Below are positions 15,160 through 17,478 of a DNA stretch of 17,478 nt, piece by piece (the first letter of the stretch is position 1; each line of letters starts with the position of its first letter). The stretch is taken from contig JBDRYB010000033.1 in NCBI GenBank assembly GCA_039803205.1, positions 1 to 17,478 of the forward strand, written 5' to 3'. Under the pieces are notes generated by a model, which made no database searches, had not been told where the DNA came from, and saw only the letters and a program-made list of their open reading frames with translations. Both the position numbers and the translations under genes were made by a program. The DNA comes from a candidate division WOR-3 bacterium (GTDB taxonomy: Bacteria; Hydrothermota; Hydrothermia; JBDRYB01).

Positions 15160-15885
15160 CTAATACCCCCTTTCCCTGAGAAGCCTCTCCACAACAGGGA
15201 CATCCTCTGGCCTATCAACCGAGCACGATCTGAACTTGACCTGGACAGCCCTTATCTTCAAGCCCATCTCAAGGGCCCGAAGTTGCTCCAGGCCCTCTAT
15301 GCGTTCAAGGGTTGATGGCCCATGTTGGACAAAGCTCAAGAGAGCGTATTTCCTGAAGGCATAAATTCCTATGTGCCTGAGAAATGTCGTCTGGTGCCTG
15401 GCCGGATACGGAATGAGGGCCCTTGAGAAATAGAGGGCTCTCCCCTTTCTGTCAACCACAACCTTGACCACATCCGGATTCCTCGCTTCCTCCTCCTCAA
15501 TCTGGGTAACGGGGGTTGTTATGTCGGCCTCGGAATCGCGGTGAAGAGCCTCCACAACCGCGTCTATGACCGAAGGCTCAAGCAGAGGCTCATCCCCCTG
15601 GATGTTGACGATGAAGCCGACCCTTGCCCTCCTAGCTACCTCAGCGACGCGGTCCGAACCTGATGGGTGGTCCGGGGAAGTCATCACGACCCTCGCCCCA
15701 AATTCTACCGCTGTCCTGGCTATTCTCTCATCATCCGTAGCTATCACAGCACTGGTTATGCTCGTAGATTTGGAAACCGCCTCCCACACCCACTGGATCA
15801 TTGGTTTGTCAAGTATCTTTACCAGGGGTTTGCCCGGAAACCTCCGGGAACCGAATCTTGCTGGTATCACCGCTAAAGTCCTCAT
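15160..15885 (-). CDS. kdsB: 3-deoxy-manno-octulosonate cytidylyltransferase (CMP-Kdo synthetase)
   Basis: IPARFGS.RFPGKPL, ATDDERI, SGSDR, NIQGDEP, VKVV, ALYFSR..IP, HIGIYA, LEQLRALE. Confidence 0.97.
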   Translation of the reverse strand: MRTLAVIPARFGSRRFPGKPLVKILDKPMIQWVWEAVSKSTSITSAVIATDDERIARTAVEFGARVVMTSPDHPSGSDRVAEVARRARVGFIVNIQGDEPLLEPSVIDAVVEALHRDSEADITTPVTQIEEEEARNPDVVKVVVDRKGRALYFSRALIPYPARHQTTFLRHIGIYAFRKYALLSFVQHGPSTLERIEGLEQLRALEMGLKIRAVQVKFRSCSVDRPEDVPVVERLLRERGY

Positions 15886-16532
15886 GTTATCTCAAACTCC
15901 TTCTGGGCGAGCTTTGCCCTTTCAAATTCCTGTTGGGTAATTCCCTTTTCCTCCAAAAGAAATCCCCTTTCGGAAAACCCTCTTTTTATCTCAGCCATGT
16001 AGGCGTTTTTATCAACGGGCAGATAGATGGAGCCCTGTTCCAGAAAGGCCCCTTTTTCCCTCGCTTGTGCTATCCCTATAACCTTTTTGCCCATGAGCTT
16101 TATCTCGTATCTTGATGTTGCTCGGAAGCAGAGTCCGGATCTGTCGTATGCTTGAGACCTTCCCTCTTCTACTTCAACCGCAAGGCCGAGCCTTGCCGCG
16201 GCCTCGGCCAGGATCTCGGCTGTGGCCCTGTATGTCTCAGAGACTGATCCGGCAAAGAGGCCGCTATTGTGCCACCCTGATAGCGAGAAAACCAGATCCC
16301 CGTCGTGCAAAACAGCCCTTCCACCAGTGGGGCGCCTCGCGCACGGATACCCCTCAAGACCATCAGGGATCCCTTTCTGGAACCTCCCTATGGTCACGCC
16401 TGGCGGATAGAACCCGTAAAACCGGAGAAAGGGCAGACCATTCTCAATGGTCTCGCGAAAAAGAACCCAGTCCAAAGCCATGTTCAAGCTGGGCTCGTGC
16501 TCCGAGTAGGGTATGAGTCTCAGGGGGATCAT
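15882..16532 (-). CDS. Lipoate-protein ligase family protein (LipM/LipL-like, catalytic domain only)
   Basis: NMALD, LRFY, TIGRFQ, RRPTGGRAVLH, CF...S.YEI, GKKVIG.AQ. Confidence 0.85.
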   Translation of the reverse strand: MIPLRLIPYSEHEPSLNMALDWVLFRETIENGLPFLRFYGFYPPGVTIGRFQKGIPDGLEGYPCARRPTGGRAVLHDGDLVFSLSGWHNSGLFAGSVSETYRATAEILAEAAARLGLAVEVEEGRSQAYDRSGLCFRATSRYEIKLMGKKVIGIAQAREKGAFLEQGSIYLPVDKNAYMAEIKRGFSERGFLLEEKGITQQEFERAKLAQKEFEIT

Positions 16533-17323
16533 TCCTCGTCCCCGGCAAGGGATCTCCTCGTTATCCCGCGCTTGCTGTTCTTTATGAAGTTCACCAGATA
16601 AGCGATATCCTCGTTATCCGGGAACTCGGTCGTAAGCCTCTCAAGAGCGCTGGGCAATGACAAGCCTTCCCTGTAGAGTATCCTGTAAGCCTCTTTGATG
16701 ACATCTATTCTATCAGAAGAAAATCCCCTGCGCATCAACCCCACCCTGTTGACACCGATTATCCTCGCCTCGTATCCCATGGCCATCATGAACGGCGGAA
16801 TATCCTGGTTGACCCTCGTTGAACCGGCCACCATGGCCATCTTGCCTATCCTCGTGAACTGGTGAACCGGAACGAAGGCGGATATGTAGGCGTAATCCTC
16901 CACTACGCCGTATCCACCTATCTGCGCTGTGTTGACTATGATACAGTTGTTTCCGACGCGGACATTGTGGCCCAGGTGCGAGTAAGCCATTAGGAAGTTC
17001 CCATCACCGACCACGGTCTCGGTCCCTTCCCCGGTTCCCCTGTGGATGGTCGCGTATTCTCTTATCAGGTTTCCGTTTCCTATTCGGACCCCGCTTCGTT
17101 CGCCCTTGAAGCCGAGATCCTGCGGTAAGCCGCCTATTGCCGCACCGTGGAATATCGTGTTTCCCTCGCCTATCACGGCAGGGCCATCTATTCTAACATT
17201 GGAGAGGAGCCTGGTTCCTCTTCCTATCTTTACATCAGGCCCTATTATGCAATAGGGCCCTATCTCAACATCTTCATCTAATTCTGCTCTCGGGTCAACT
17301 ATCGCTGAGGGATGAATCTTCAT
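16529..17323 (-). CDS. lpxA: Acyl-ACP--UDP-N-acetylglucosamine O-acyltransferase
   Basis: IHPSAIVDP, hexapeptide repeats, PQDL, IREYATIHRGT, MAYSHLGHN, VHQF.RIG, DIPPF, N.VGL.RRGF; ATG 17323 preferred (ATG 17332 is an alternative). Confidence 0.96.
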   Translation of the reverse strand: MKIHPSAIVDPRAELDEDVEIGPYCIIGPDVKIGRGTRLLSNVRIDGPAVIGEGNTIFHGAAIGGLPQDLGFKGERSGVRIGNGNLIREYATIHRGTGEGTETVVGDGNFLMAYSHLGHNVRVGNNCIIVNTAQIGGYGVVEDYAYISAFVPVHQFTRIGKMAMVAGSTRVNQDIPPFMMAMGYEARIIGVNRVGLMRRGFSSDRIDVIKEAYRILYREGLSLPSALERLTTEFPDNEDIAYLVNFIKNSKRGITRRSLAGDEE

Positions 17324-17332
17324 AAGCCTCAT

Positions 17333-17440
17333 ATTTTAACGCCAAAAGCTACGAGGGGACAAGTTCAGATGACCAGCAAGATCTGTCCGGATTTCCGGGC
17401 ACCTTAGGGGCCACTCTCCAACCTGAGGGATTAAATTATA
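17333..17440 (-). promoter_or_regulatory. Two candidate -10 boxes upstream of lpxA
   Basis: Minus strand TATAAT at 17440-17435 (context TTATAATTT as in the other promoters) and TAAAAT at 17338-17333, 9 nt before ATG 17323. Confidence 0.45.
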
Positions 17441-17478
17441 AACTCCTAGAGGCTCGTCAGGGCACAAGGCGCTTTGCG

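Noticed and set aside
17380..17428. Glycine- or cobalamin-riboswitch-like words (TGGAGAG, AAGGTGC, GGACAGA) on the minus strand
   Set aside because: Elements are out of order or incomplete, and the downstream gene is lpxA.
1..17478. CRISPR arrays, tRNAs, transposases/integrases, defence or phage genes
   Set aside because: No regularly spaced direct repeats, cloverleaf with T-loop consensus, or such protein motifs were seen; nearly all sequence is covered by recognisable CDSs.

Overview
Very compact bacterial chromosomal segment: 18 complete CDSs plus a probable partial CDS at the left edge, nine 4-bp start/stop overlaps, and no mobile element, CRISPR array, tRNA or rRNA that I can see. Gene order: rsmI - inositol-type CDP-alcohol phosphatidyltransferase - ino1 - tmk (+); purL-purQ (-); a secreted HExxH metalloprotease with a T9SS-type C-terminal sorting domain (-), divergent from an 804-aa protein built as beta-barrel + four carboxypeptidase-regulatory-like repeats + OmpA_C (+); a ~315-nt structured intergenic region; PsbP/DcrB-like exported protein - rnhA - rpoZ - coaBC - family 4 udg (+); lpxA - lipoate-ligase-family gene - kdsB - apbE - rseC (-). 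lpxA/kdsB indicate an LPS diderm. The sorting domain and frequent ATA/AGG codons suggest an FCB-related, possibly thermophilic lineage such as WOR-3 (inference only). Most of the window is housekeeping. The best leads are: (1) a recurring TTATAATTT(T)CTCC(C)+start-codon motif at three operon heads, implying leaderless transcripts, two with TTG starts; (2) a ~188-nt rod-like candidate ncRNA at 10459-10646; (3) the barrel-4x spacer-OmpA architecture next to a T9SS-like cargo; (4) an inositol-lipid gene pair. All calls come from reading motifs by eye; no database search or folding program was run.
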